64,000 bases of DNA from Octopus sinensis (GCF_006345805.1 NC_043017.1:32674001-32738000), one strand, 5' to 3'; numbered from the stretch's first letter, positions 39,554 to 52,640 are shown. Made by a program: numbers and translations. Notes: generated by a model from the sequence alone, not told the origin.

Positions 39554-39775
39554 CTTTATTTAAAGCAGCAGAAAATTCAACAAAACCTGTTACTCTGAGT
39601 TCCCCTTTGCCATTCATCGGACAGTTTTTGCAATTATTGTCCGATGAACAGCAACAGGAAACTCAGAGTACAGGTTTTGTTGAATTTTCTGCTGCTTTAA
39701 ATAAAGCATATTACTCTACCACTGGTATTTGAGTACTCTTTTTTCTACCTTGTTTCACATTTATGTGTTTACTCC

Positions 39776-39778
<3 letters not shown>
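39554..39778 (+). mobile_element. Palindromic Penelope-like terminal fragment, family P2 (palindrome 39554-39706 plus unique tail)
   Basis: About 70-bp inverted arms in (TA)n; hammerhead-like TGT-CCGATGA-...-GAAA-CT-CAG-AG-TA-CAGG at 39638-39674. Confidence 0.65.
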
Positions 39779-39807
<29 letters not shown>

Positions 39808-39810
<3 letters not shown>

Positions 39811-40077
39811 GTAAATGTAATATGTGACAATTATTCCGTAGCTATGATAAAACTCTGAGTTTTGGATGCTGATGGGGAAATCCATGCCACCATCTCTTTA
39901 GTTATCTGGCCATCGGAAAAATGCTGGATAACTGAAGAGATGGTGGCATGGATTTCCACTTCAGCATCCGAAACTCGGAGTTTTATCATAGCTACGGAAT
40001 AATTGTCACATATTACATTTACAGATAAATTTCTTCTATTTACATAATATCGAGGTCTCTTTCTTTCTTTTGTTGCA
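39808..40077 (+). mobile_element. Palindromic Penelope-like terminal fragment, family P3 (palindrome 39808-40025 plus tail)
   Basis: About 99-bp arms, 20-nt spacer; second monomeric copy at 26980-27135. Confidence 0.75.
39927..39987 (+). ncRNA. Type I hammerhead ribozyme motif
   Basis: GATAA-CTGAAGA-GATG..GTGG..CCAC..CATC-C-GAAA-CT-CGG-AG-TT-TTATC; stem I GATAA/TTATC; predicted cleavage after GUU at 39982. Confidence 0.7.
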
Positions 40078-40545
40078 AACGCCTGGACATTGTATTAAGT
40101 TGTATTCAAAGCATTAACTGATTTTTTATTAATTAGCTGAAACACGGTCTGAAATCTGTAAAACATATGTTGTGTTATTATAAATCACTAAGCAAGGTAT
40201 GTTCAAATAATGCAAGTCTTGGCATTTCTATGGCACCAAATGATGTGATTCTATTACACAACAGTTTAGTTAACACCATCTGCTCTTGAAAGATTTTATG
40301 GAGAAACTAGACTCAATGCAACTGTTGATAGTAAAATAAAATTACCTCATTTTATACTAAGTGATAGGGAGGGTCTCCATATCGGTGTACAAAAGAACAT
40401 ACAGAATGTCAAGCCTGTAGTCTGTCGCACAGGCAAACCCTTAAGGGGAGAGTAGTAACTCCAAAGTAAAAAAAAAACTGATGAAGAAGGGAGAGGATGC
40501 TTTTGGTACTACTACAGATATCCATTCCAGTGTCAGTGGCTTGAA

Positions 40546-40963
40546 AGGCAGTGAGCTGGCAGAATCGTTATCACGCCGGGCGAAATGCGTAGCCGTATTG
40601 CGTCTGCCGTTACATTCTGAGTTCAAATTCCGCCGAGGTCGACTTTACCTTTCATCCTTTCGGGGTCGATAAAATTAAGTACCAGTTACGCACTGGGGTC
40701 GATGTAATCGACTTAATCCGTTTGTCTGTCCTTGTTTGTCCCCTCTGTGTTTAGACCCTTGTGGGCAGTAAAGAAATAGGTATTTTGTCTGCCACTACGT
40801 TCTGAGTCCAAATTCTGCCGAGGTCGACTTTGCCTTTCATCCTTTCGGGGTTTATAAATTAAGTAGCAGTGACGCACTGGGGTCGATGTAATCGACTTAA
40901 TCTCTTTGTCTGTCCTTGTTTGTCCCCTCTATGTTTAGCCCCTTGTGGGTCGTAAAGAAATAG
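40546..40963 (+). mobile_element. SINE family B tandem 1.8-mer
   Basis: Second unit starts at 40781 directly after the AAGAAATAGG tail. Confidence 0.88.
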
Positions 40964-41523
40964 AAATAGAAAGAGAAATACTCAACCCTTAATGTAAAGT
41001 GAATGTTGATACAAAAGATTACTATGAAAACCATGTTTCTTTCATCATTGTGGCTGTTGTTGTTGTTGTTGTCATCGTCATCATCATCATCATCTTCATC
41101 ATCATTATCATCATCATCGTCGTGTCGTCATTTTCCATGCTGGCATGGATTAGACAGTATGACTAGATCTGGTAAGCTGGAGAGCTGCACCAGGCCCCAG
41201 TCATCCGTTTTGGTTTGTTGTCTATGGCTGGATGCCCTTTCTAATGCCAATCCCTTTACAAAGTCTACTGGGTATCTTTTACATGTCAGCAACATGAGTG
41301 TCATTTTATGTGTCTCCAACACAGGGGCCGTTTACATATCCCTGGCACTGGCCGAATCTATGATTGTATTTGGCTTGTCATATCTTCTCAAGCACGGCAA
41401 ATCTCCAGAAGTCTTGGTCACCTGTCATCAACTCTGTGAAACTCAGTAACGGAAGATCATATTTCACCACCTTGTCCTACATCCTCCTGGGTCTACGTCT
41501 TTCACAGGTTCCCTCCACATGAT

Positions 41524-41939
41524 AGGCGCAGGAGTGGCTGTGTGGTAAGTAGCTTGCTTACCAACCACATGGTTCTGGGTTCAGTCCCACTGTGTGACAC
41601 CTTGGGCAAGTGTCTTCTACTATAGCCTCAGGCCGACCAATGCTTGTGAGTGGATTTGGTAGACGGAAACTAAAAGAAGCCTGTCGTATATATATCTATA
41701 TTATATATATATATATGCGTGTGTGTGTTTGTGTGTCTGTGTTTGTCCCCCTAGCATTGCTTGACAACTGATGCTGGTGTGTTTATGTCCTCATTACTTA
41801 GCGGTTTGGCAAAAGAGACCGATAGAATAAGTACTGGGCTTACAAAAGAATAAGTCTCGGGGTCGAGTTGTTCGATTAAAGGCGGTGCTCCAGCATGGCC
41901 ACAGTCAAATGACTGAAACAAGTAAAAGAGTAAAGAGTA
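41524..41939 (+). mobile_element. SINE family A
   Basis: Full-length match. Confidence 0.9.
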
Positions 41940-42260
41940 TGATAATTCTTCCAGGAACTCTACCTAACCTTCTTCAACAAATGTGGGGCCTTGTGCCTCA
42001 CATTTTAGGGAGAAAAATAAGTCAGTTTTTTCAAAATACAGAACTTGATTGGAATTATATTCTATAGAAACTGGAACTTTGGAAGTTGGTCTCGAAAGGA
42101 ATTTGAGAAGGAAACATAAAGAGCAAAAATAAATGCAATAACAAAGATGACCAGTCACATCTGTTGCTATAGTTACTGGTCACACGAAGAAAAAGTATGA
42201 GGAGTGATAAGACAGAATGAGATCCAGTTAACCCACACCAGTATGAAGTAATGGTTTTTA

Positions 42261-42261
<1 letters not shown>

Positions 42262-42314
<53 letters not shown>

Positions 42315-42721
42315 GGTGGTGGTGGTGGTGGTGGTGTAGTAGTAGTAGTGGTTGTGGTGGTGGTGGTGGTGGTGGTGGTGGTAGTGGTGGTGGTGGTGGT
42401 GGTGGTGGTGGTGGTGGTGGTGTGGTGGTGGTGGTTGTAGTAGTAGTGGTTGTGGTGCTGGTGGTGGTGGTGGTGGTAGTGGTGGTGGTGGTGGTGGTGG
42501 TGGTGGTGGTGGTAGTGGTGGTGGTGTGGTGGTGGTGGTGGTGTTTGTAGTAGTAGTAGTAGTAGGTAGTAGTGGTGGTGTGATGGTAGGGTGGTGGGTG
42601 GTGGTGGTGGTGGTAGTAGTAGTAGTAGTAGTAATAGTAGTAGTAGTGGTGGTGCTGGTAATAGTAGTAGTAGTAGTAGAAGTAGTAGTAGTAGTAGAAG
42701 TAGAAGTAGTAGTAGTAGTAC

Positions 42722-42755
<34 letters not shown>
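42262..42755. repeat. (GTA/GTG)n tract
   Basis: Direct inspection. Confidence 0.95.
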
Positions 42756-42756
<1 letters not shown>

Positions 42757-43635
42757 TGTGTTAGGTGGTGATGCCAACCATAATCACCACAGCAATGACC
42801 ACAATGGCCACTAATATCCGCGCTGCATTTGTCTGAGTGCATTTGCTGGTCTTTATAAACTCACAGGATTATAGGAACACCACTGAAGTCACTTCTTCGA
42901 TGTTGTGTCTGTGTGTCTGTCGAATAATTCTTTAAATTTATTGAAAGAGAGTGAATCCAGCCCTCTAATTTAACATGGAATTAAAATTGTTTGATTAAGA
43001 CAAATACAGTAACAAGATGTTCCTTCCTATTGAAGGAGATTTGGTTATTTCAAAGTTGGAGGAATTGGACAGACATAACAGCAGTGGTGGACAATTGACC
43101 TGTGTCCCATTGGTTTGCAGCACTTGATTCAATTTTGCAAGCAAGGAAATTTAGTTCCCATATACTGGCATCGTGTATCCAAAGACAGAATTTCTTTCTC
43201 ATCCTTGTAAACAATGAGAATCAGAGATAATGATCTGTTGAATAGAATTTTAAGGCATTCTTCAACGTAATCATGACAGCCATCACCATCATAAAATCAT
43301 AAAGCAAATACCCTGCCCTCCACCCACAAAAAAAAATGGAATGTTCATATCTGGGAAAACTTTTGACCATATTTCTGATCATCAGGGTTACTAGGGCAAC
43401 CAACAAGAAAGACCAAAACCATTCAAAGTTATAAAGAAAATGGTCAAAAATTCCAAAGAAGGAAAATTCCTTTATATCACCGCAACTCTTGTCTGGCATT
43501 TTTTATTTTATTTTGACCTGACCCGTGAAGGGCAAAAGCAAAATTGATCTGAGCAGGATTTGAACTTCAGCAACAAAGAGCTGAAACAAATACCACAAGA
43601 CATTTTGTCTGTTGCTCTCATGATCCTGTGCCTCT

Positions 43636-43726
43636 ATCATCATCATCATCATCATCACCACCACCATCATCATCACCATCATCATCATCATCATCATCAT
43701 CACCATCACCATCACCACCACCACCA

Positions 43727-43767
<41 letters not shown>

Positions 43768-44130
43768 CCACCACCACCACCACCACCACCACCACCACCA
43801 TCATCATCATCACCATCACCATCATCACCACCATCATTATCATCATCATCATCATCATCACCATCATCGCCATCACCATCACCATCACCATCACCACCAC
43901 CACCACCATCATCATCATCATTGTCATCATCATCATCACCACCACCACCATCACCACCATCATCATCATCACCATCACCATCACCATCATCATCATCATC
44001 ATCATCATCATCACCACCACCACCACCACCACCACCACCACCATCATCATCATCACCATCACCACCATCACCACCATCATCATCATCACCATCACCATCA
44101 CCATCATCATCATCATCATCATCATCATCA
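43636..44130. repeat. (CAT/CAC)n tract
   Basis: Direct inspection. Confidence 0.95.
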
Positions 44131-44191
44131 GTATTGTTGTCAAGGGACGATAGGGGTAGCATCTAGATCATCAATGAATTAGCTAGAAACA

Positions 44192-44810
44192 AGGCGGTGA
44201 GCTGGCAGAATCATTGGTATGCTGGGAAAATGCTTCATGGCATTTCATCCGTCTTCACGTTCTAAGTTCAAATTCCGCAGAGGCTGGCTTTGCCTTTCAT
44301 CCTTTCAGGGTCGATGAAATAAGTACCAGTTGAGTACTGGGGTCAATATAATCGACTGTCCCCTCCGTCAAAGTTTCAGACCTTGTACCTATGGTAGAAA
44401 GGATTATTTTTATGGTTGTAATAGTTTTTGTTGTTGTGTTGATGATGACAAAATTTGAAATAAATATCTATTTTAAACAAGAAGGCGAGCTGGCCGAATC
44501 ATTAGCTTGCCTGGCAGAATGCTTTGTGGTATTTCGTGCTTCTTTCTGTTCTGAGTTCAAATTCTGTCGAGATCAACTCTGCCTTTTCATCCTTTTGGGT
44601 TCGATAAAATAGCGGCAGACGAAATACCTATTTCTTTACTACCCACAAGGGGTTAAACACAGAGAGGACAAACAAGGACAGACAAATGGATTAAGTCGAT
44701 TACATCATCCCCAGTGCATAGCTGGTACTTAATTTTATCGACCCTGAAAGGATGACAGGTAAAGTCGACCTCGGCGGAATTTGAACTCAGAACGTAACGG
44801 CAGACACAAT
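44192..44810. mobile_element. Cluster of SINE family B copies in both orientations
   Basis: Plus-strand heads at about 44192 and 44482; minus-strand copy about 44612-44810. Confidence 0.8.
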
Positions 44811-45982
44811 ACAGCTATGCATTTTGTACTTGATGTAATCGACTTATTTCTTCCCTGAACTTGTTGGGCTTTTGCCAAAATTTGAAACCAATCAATTTGA
44901 TAGAAACAGCAGCCAAATCTCTCTCAAATCACATGCTCTGTTCTTAGAAAAACTTGACACATTGGACAGAAATGCAAAGAAATACCAAAAGAAAAATGGG
45001 AAAAAAACCAAAGAAATGGAATGCTCATAGCTGGAAAATTTTGACCATATTTCTGCTCATTCACGGTAACCAGGAGCAACCAACAAAAAAGACCAAAATT
45101 AGTCCTCATTAGTTTGTTTTAGTTCTATTTTAAAGTGTTAACTTTTAATTTATACAATGCTTTGTGTAATACATTTGTGTTATCACTATTAACATTATTT
45201 TTAATTAAACTACAAATCTTTATTTGTTCTCTTTTCTACACCAACCAATTCTCCCACACACACACTTGCATACTCGCACGCACACACACAAACACACACA
45301 TACACACACACACACAATAAATAAATATAAATGATTTAGGAATATTTTTAGTGTTAAAATGAAACGGCAAAACTAAAAAAAAACAACATTCCACTTTGAC
45401 CAGCATTGTTTTAATTTTATTAATTTGTCTAAGGTCAAGAAGAAGTATTAAATTAAAATAATTCACCTATGTGATATTTTCAATATGATAGCATCACTTC
45501 AGAATATAAAATATGGAGAAAAACATCTTTTTCAATAAAAATTATATATATGAGTGTAAAAAAAAAAAAAATAAATACTACAAAACACAAAGAAATGGTT
45601 TTTTTTTCTGGCAGCTGAATCGTGTATTTTTGACATCACACCACTTCGCCATAAATCACAAAAATACTGACATAGTTAAATGCAGTACACCTTTTGTTTT
45701 TAACGATAAATTTATTTGATACATATGATTGGCTGAGGCACATGGTTGATCAAGTTCCACCATTAAAATTCTACCTTTGGGAATTCAAAAGCCAGACAGT
45801 GGAGGTCATCTCATGGTTTCACTATACATTATGTTTGATTACATATTCAACACACACATGTATGTATATACATACATACATTGTATTATATATATATTAT
45901 ATATATATATATATTCATACATACATATACATATGTATTCATAGACACATATACCTACACAGATATATATTTGCATGTATGC

Positions 45983-46014
<32 letters not shown>

Positions 46015-46042
46015 GTGTATGTAATATATATATATATATATA

Positions 46043-46723
46043 TCAACAATCAAGGAACGGCCATAATAGGCCATTCACCCACTAGAAATAACAGCCAAAG
46101 CTTCAACCGCAAATAAAGATCAATTCCGTAACAGGAGAAAATTTACAAAAAACATTTACCCTGTATTTCTTGTACGATGCACCGTTTCGTCTGCTGTTTA
46201 ATGGTAAACTAACGATTAAATTAAATCAAGCCAATCTTCCATAGGCCCTCAGATTCTTCAGCAGAAAATATCCAAGTCGGAACGATATTTTCACGAGGCA
46301 TTTCCGACACTGCCAAGGCAATATCTGACCTAAAATTTTCAAATCGTCGCACTCGCGCCAAATTTATCGGCAGCCAATAAATATAAGCCGTCGATTCCAT
46401 TACGAATTAACCAGAAAATTCATAATTAACTAATATAGGGTGGTGAAAAAAATTTTGTAGAATTCTTTTTGCCACCAGCGGCCTAGTGGGAAAAAATTAA
46501 ATAGTCATAGACCATTTTTAAGTTTCAACATCAACAATCAAGGACGGCATAATATTGCGGGTTGAAGCTTTGGCTGTTATTCTAGTGGGTGAATGCCTAT
46601 TATGGCCGTTCTTGATTGTTGATGTTGAACTTAAAATGGTCTTGACTATTTAATTTTTTCCCACTAGGCCGCTGGTGCAAAAGAATTCTACAAAATGTTT
46701 TTTCACACACCCTATATTGATTA
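46043..46723 (-). mobile_element. Hammerhead-bearing 488-nt unit with terminal direct repeat and inverted junction-spanning arm (family P4)
   Basis: Direct repeats at 46043-46067 and 46531-46553; arm 46554-46723 is the reverse complement of the unit start joined to the unit end; flanked by (TA)n. Confidence 0.7.
46166..46267 (-). ncRNA. Type I hammerhead ribozyme motif with self-complementary stem III
   Basis: TTTCTG-CTGAAGA-A-TCTG...CAGA-C-GAAA-CGGTGCATCG-TA-CAAGAAA; ACGGUGCAUCGU is palindromic with G.U pairs. Confidence 0.65.
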
Positions 46724-46787
46724 ATATATAGTATATATATATATATATATTTATATGTGTAGTAATATATATATATATATATATAAG

Positions 46788-46820
<33 letters not shown>

Positions 46821-46863
46821 ATTTATATGGGTATGTAATATATATTATTTATATATGCATGTA

Positions 46864-46895
<32 letters not shown>

Positions 46896-47441
46896 TTACA
46901 TATGTATGCGTATGTGTGAATACATACATACACACACACATATATATATAACTACAATTCACAATTATATATATATGCATAAGTTTGGTGGCTATATGTG
47001 TAAATATTTGTTGCTATATGTATAAAATATTTTGTATATAAATATCAATATATATATCACACATACACACACACACATGCACACACACATACACACGCAC
47101 GCATACATGAGTAGTATAGAATACAAACAAGTGTTTATATTACGTATACTGGGAGAAAACATCTGAAACGGAAGCTAATCAGCTCACACACCTGTGTGTG
47201 CGTGTGTGTGCATGTATGTGTGTGCATGTTGACTGTGTATTTGTTTGTGTGTGTGTGTGTGTGTTTCTTTTTATGTTTGTCTTCGTAAGAAAACAAGTGT
47301 CAAGAAAATGTCACCATGCTCAATTAGAATTTGAATATACTTATTTATTACTGCGCTGCCTTTCATTTCTCTATTTCTATTAAAATAAGGTTTTAAGTCC
47401 AGTGCAGGATCTTACGCAGAGAGACATTCAAACATACACAT

Positions 47442-47835
47442 AGGCACAGGAGTGGCTGTGTGGTAAGTAGCTTGCTTACGAACCACATAATTCCGGGTCC
47501 AGTCCCACTGCATGGCACCTTGGCCAAGTGTATTCTACTATAGCCTCGGGCCGACCAAATCCTTGTGAATGGATTTGGTAGACAGAAACTGAAAGAAGCC
47601 CGTCGTATATATGCATATATATATATATGTGTGTATTTGTTTGTTTGTCCCCCTAGCATTGCTTGACAACCAATGCTGGTGTGTTTACGTCCCCGTCACT
47701 TAGTGGTTCGGCAAAAAGAGACTGATAGAATAAGTACTGGGCTTACAAAGAATAAGTCCCGGGGTCGATTTGCTTGACTAAAGGCGGTGCTCCAGCATGG
47801 CCGCAGTCAAATGACTGAAACAAGTAAAAGAGAAA
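47442..47835 (+). mobile_element. SINE family A
   Basis: Full-length match. Confidence 0.9.
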
Positions 47836-47863
47836 TATACATGCATACATGTATAAGTATGGT

Positions 47864-47904
<41 letters not shown>

Positions 47905-48715
47905 TACATACATGTGTAATACTTGTATGTGTGTATATGTGTTTTGTGCATACACACACACATACACATATATATATTTATGTATACATGCAAACACTCA
48001 CATACACATAGATAGTGAATTACTGCCTAAACACTATAAAAATCTGTCCATTGAATTTATGGCTCAATTTTTAATGGTCTCATTAAAATCCAGTATATTA
48101 TCGCTTCAATGCAATACCCATAATTGGAATAAATTTGCATATGAATTATTAGACTGAGATCAATATTCAAAGCAATATATTGAATTCAAATTTTGACACA
48201 AGGCCAGCAATTTTCATGGAGGGTGTAAGTTGATTAAATTGACTCCAGTGTTCAGCTGGTACTTATTTAACTGACCCTGAAAGGATGAAAGGCAAAGTCG
48301 ACCTCAGTAGAGTTTGAACTCAGAATATAAAATGCCACTCAGGAGTTTTTTGCCTGGCATGCTAACGATTCTGCCAGCTTTCCACCTTATTCAGAGTAAC
48401 ATATTGGTTTTAAATTTTGGCACCAGACTAGTTATTTCAAGGGAAGGAGCAAGTCAGTTACAGTGACCATAATCCTCAATGGGTACTTATATAATGGCTC
48501 CAAATGGACGAAAGGTACAGTCAACCTCAGCAGAATTTGAACTCAGAATGATTCAGAACAAAATATTAAGAAGGATAAAAAGGATTACACGCATATTTCA
48601 AACTGTCATTCTTAAGTTCTACCGTTTTTCCACAGTTCTAGTGCAAACAAAATCATCCATGTAATATTTACATAAATAATATGTAATTAGGCACAATTAA
48701 TAAATTTAAATGAGA

Positions 48716-49127
48716 TAGGCGCAGGAGTGGCTGTGTGGTAAGTAGTCTTGTTTACCAACTACATGGTTCCGGGTTCAGTCCCACTGCGTGGCACCTTGGG
48801 CAAATGTCTTCTGCTATAGCCTCGGGCCGACCAAAGCCTTGTGAGTGGATTTGGTAGATGGAAACTGAAAGAAGCCCTTCGTATATATGTATATATATGC
48901 GTGTGTGTGTTTGTGCGTCTGTGTTTGTCCCCCTAGCATTGCTTGACAACCGATGCTGGTGTGTTTACGTCCCTGTAACTTAGCAGTTTGGCAAAAGAGA
49001 CAGATAGAATAAGTACTTGGCTTACAAAAGAATAAGTCCCGGGGTCGAGTTGCTTGATTAAAGGCGGTGCTCCAGCATGGCCGCAGTCAAATGACTGAAA
49101 CAAGTAAAAGAGTAAAAAGCGTAAGAG
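48716..49127 (+). mobile_element. SINE family A
   Basis: Full-length match. Confidence 0.9.
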
Positions 49128-49299
49128 AGTAAGTAAACTGTCTCATGAGGAAACATTACGGAAATATGGAAATTAAAATTTCGAATATGATGCAAAGAAG
49201 AACAAAAGAAAAAGCACCCTATGCACACATGTAAGTATATATACAAGGACACGACAGAAGTAAATAGACATCCCATGGAATATTGTTTTGTTTAACTTA

Positions 49300-50165
49300 G
49301 CACAAAATCACAGAAAACCTTGGGATGATTGTGCAATTCATCAGAGAGAGGAAGGAATCCACATCACCTTGCCAAGGTCTGACAGGACCCTTAATTTTGC
49401 TAAAAGAAGTGTGGAGGATAATCCTCTGAAATAGCAGAAGAAATTGATGTCAGTCCTAAGACAGCTGTCAGATATCTTCACAAACTTGGTTACTATGACA
49501 GAGCAGCAAGAAAGAAGCCACTTCTTTGACCATCCAATATCAAATGGAGAACAGATTGGGCCAGTGAGATGGTGGAGAGGCCACTAGCATTTTTGAACAC
49601 TGGCATATTCTCTGATGAGTCCAAATCTGCTGTGTTTTCTGACAGTGGTTAAGTGTGGGTTTAGAGGCTGTGATCAAGAATTTCACATGAAAAATATTGC
49701 AGCCAACATTGAAACGTGGTGGCTATTCTGTGATGGGGAGCAATTTGGAACAATGGTCAATCAGAACTGGTGGAGTTTGAGGGGAAACATAAACTCAGAT
49801 AAATATGTCCATTTTGCAGAAAGGATGTGTTCCAGTCTTCTCCAATGGTGAAACGATTAAAGAAGACTATTTATGGAAGATGGGGCTCCTTGTCATATGG
49901 CTAAAATGACCCAAGATTTGTTGGAAGAGAATGGCATTAAAAAGCTTCCATAGCCAAGCCAGTCATCAGATATGAACTCTACTGAATATCTCTGGAGCAT
50001 AATGGACAGGACACTTTGGAAAACGAACAAGAAAGCATCCTCAAAGCCAGATCTTTTGAGATTACTGCATGAAATGGGCAAGAAATTTCTCAAGAGAATA
50101 TTTGTGATCTGATCAGTAACATGCCTAATAGGGTCCTTGCAATGGGCACGTCTACTAAATGTTTC
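49300..50165 (+). mobile_element. Degenerate Tc1-family transposase
   Basis: RAARKKPLL...FSDESK...GG.SVM...FMEDGAPCH.AK...PSQSSDMNSTEYLW..M...NMPNRV; multiple stops and frameshifts. Confidence 0.88.
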
Positions 50166-50269
50166 AATCAAGTGGTTGATAAAGCACTGCAATACTTGAA
50201 CCTTGGTTTAAACAATTGCAAAAGTATAAAGATTTTTTTTTTGATTTTTGTACAATTTTAAAGACCTGT

Positions 50270-50730
50270 CCAAGGACACTGTAAGAAATTGTGCAGTAGA
50301 TCAGGAAGTGGTATTGACAGAGGTTAAACCAACAGAGTAAAAAGATCAAGTTAATATCCTAAAACTGGTTGATAAAGATGGATACATGCTTTGTGAGGAA
50401 ATGGAGGCTTTAAATCAATTCTGACATCAAGGATTAAAACTCACCAGAAAACTGAATTCCTTGCTTGCAACAACTGGTCTAATGAATTTCCAAATTTCTT
50501 TTATTGCTCCCCAGATTTTCTTGACAATCCGGGTGACTGTGGTATCTGGAGAAATAAGTTTTTTCCAAGCTGAAATTGGTCAAAACTTACTTGACATCAA
50601 TTCAGCAAGAACGTTGGAACAGTTTAGCAATTATGTTCATCGAATCTGAAATTAGCAGGAGTTTTGGTGTAGATAAAATTCTGAAAGACTTTGGAAGAGA
50701 AAAAAATACAAGGAAAATAATTTTCTCATA
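50270..50730 (+). mobile_element. hAT transposase C-terminal dimerisation-domain fossil
   Basis: IA.QIFLTI.VTVVSGE.SFSKLKLVKTYL.S..QER.NSLAIM.IESEI.....DKILKDF...RK with a frameshift; stop at 50728-50730. Confidence 0.85.
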
Positions 50731-50907
50731 ATTAAAAATGAATCTTTTCTACTTTACGATTTTTAAGTGATTTTAGATGTTAAAAAATAATTAGTTTTAA
50801 ACACTGCATTTAAATTTTGCTTTTTTTCCAGCACAAAAATATTTTTAATAAATATTTTCAACTAAAACAAGCAGTATGGGGACTAAGTACTTTACAGAGT
50901 TGGTACT

Positions 50908-51125
50908 TTACTTACTTTTTTTACTTTTTACTTGTTTCAGTCATGTGACTGTGGCCATGCTGGAGCACCGCCTTTAGTCGAGCAAATCGACCCCAGAACT
51001 TATTCTTTGTAAGCCTAGTACTTATTCTATCAGTCTCTTTTGCCGAACTGCTAAGTTACAGGGACGTAAACACACCAGCATCGGTTGTCAAGCGATGTTG
51101 GGGGGACAAACGCAGACACACAAAT

Positions 51126-51185
<60 letters not shown>

Positions 51186-51668
51186 CCAATTAAGGACTGA
51201 ACACGAAAAGTGGACAGTCAACATGCTAGATATAGACGTCAAATCGCCATTCTCCACAAAAGATTATGTTCTCAAATTATGAGTTTGATTTGAGAACATA
51301 ATCTTTTGTGGAGAATGGCGATTTGACGTCTATATCTAGCATGTTGACTGTCCACTTTTCGTGTTCAGTCCTTAATTGGTATATATAAATATTTTAATCT
51401 TCGGATTCTTTTTTTAATATGCTAGACCACTGGTTTTAATAGATAAATATTGATTTCTACCCTTAATTAATTTTGTATATATATATATATGTATACATAA
51501 ATACGACAGGCTTCTTTCAGTTTCCATCTACCAAATCCACTCACAAGGCTTTGGTCGGCCCGAGGTTATAGTAGAAGACACTTGCCCAAGGTGCCATACA
51601 GTGGGACTGAACCCGGAACCATGTGGTTGGTAAACAAGCTACTTACCACGCAGCCACTCCTACGCCTG
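50908..51668 (-). mobile_element. SINE family A with a palindromic insert in its TA tract
   Basis: Consensus halves at 50908-51125 and 51490-51668. Confidence 0.88.
51185..51476. mobile_element. Perfect palindrome (93-bp arms, 10-nt spacer) plus unique tail, inserted in (TA)n
   Basis: 51185-51277 is the exact reverse complement of 51288-51380. Confidence 0.75.
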
Positions 51669-52640
51669 ATATATAAATTTTGGTTTTACTTGTAGGCTTA
51701 TATGCATACAATTTTATATTCCTTTCTACTATCTAATATGGGTACAAGGCCCAAAATTTGGTGGGGTGAGGCCAGTCGATTACATCGACCCCAGTACTCA
51801 ACTGATACTTATTTTATTGACCCTGAAAGGATGAAAGGCAAAGTTAACCTCAGTGGTATTTGAACTCAGGATGTAAAGACGAACGAAATACAACGAAGTA
51901 TTTAGGCCGATGTGTTAACAACTCTCCCAGCCTGACCAACCTTATGCAATTTATTTTAAAATGGTAGTGTTGATGTTAGTAGTTGCCTGATGTGACGGAT
52001 GGAGATGGACTCATATTCAAATTGATGACTCATTTATTGTGTTAGTTTTACAAGGCAGAACTCACAATATCTATGATTACATGCGTGGTACCCTTAGTGT
52101 GCTCTCGTGTAGAATCGCACACTGTTAAGAGGACCATGAGCAAGCAGAGCAATGGTGGAAGTGATGTCTAACCTGCTCCTTGGCTTTTCTCAGCTGTCGA
52201 GGCAATGTTCCTGGTTGTCTCAGTCTCTTCTGTCAGAAGCGCTAGACTTAGCGGGGAACACAAGCTTGTCAGCGAGTCAGGGTCATGTCTCTACATTCCA
52301 TCTTTTGTCTACTAAAACACCAGCTTCGCACTTGCTGCTGAAACGCTTGGTCACATGACTGGTGGCTTTAGTTGGGGAAACCTGACAGCACCACTATAAG
52401 TCTATTAAAACCCATGCATTTTTAAGTTCACATTTTTTTATTGCCTTTCATTTTACCACTGAGAAAATGTCCATAATAGACATTTTTATATTTTTATTTT
52501 CAATTTTATTTTCAATTTCCAGTTTTATTATTTATATATATATATATACATATACACACAAAGCTGTTTGGTCTGTCTGTCCCTCTCTCTCTCTCCTCTC
52601 TCTCCCTATATATATATATATATATATGTAATATATATAT

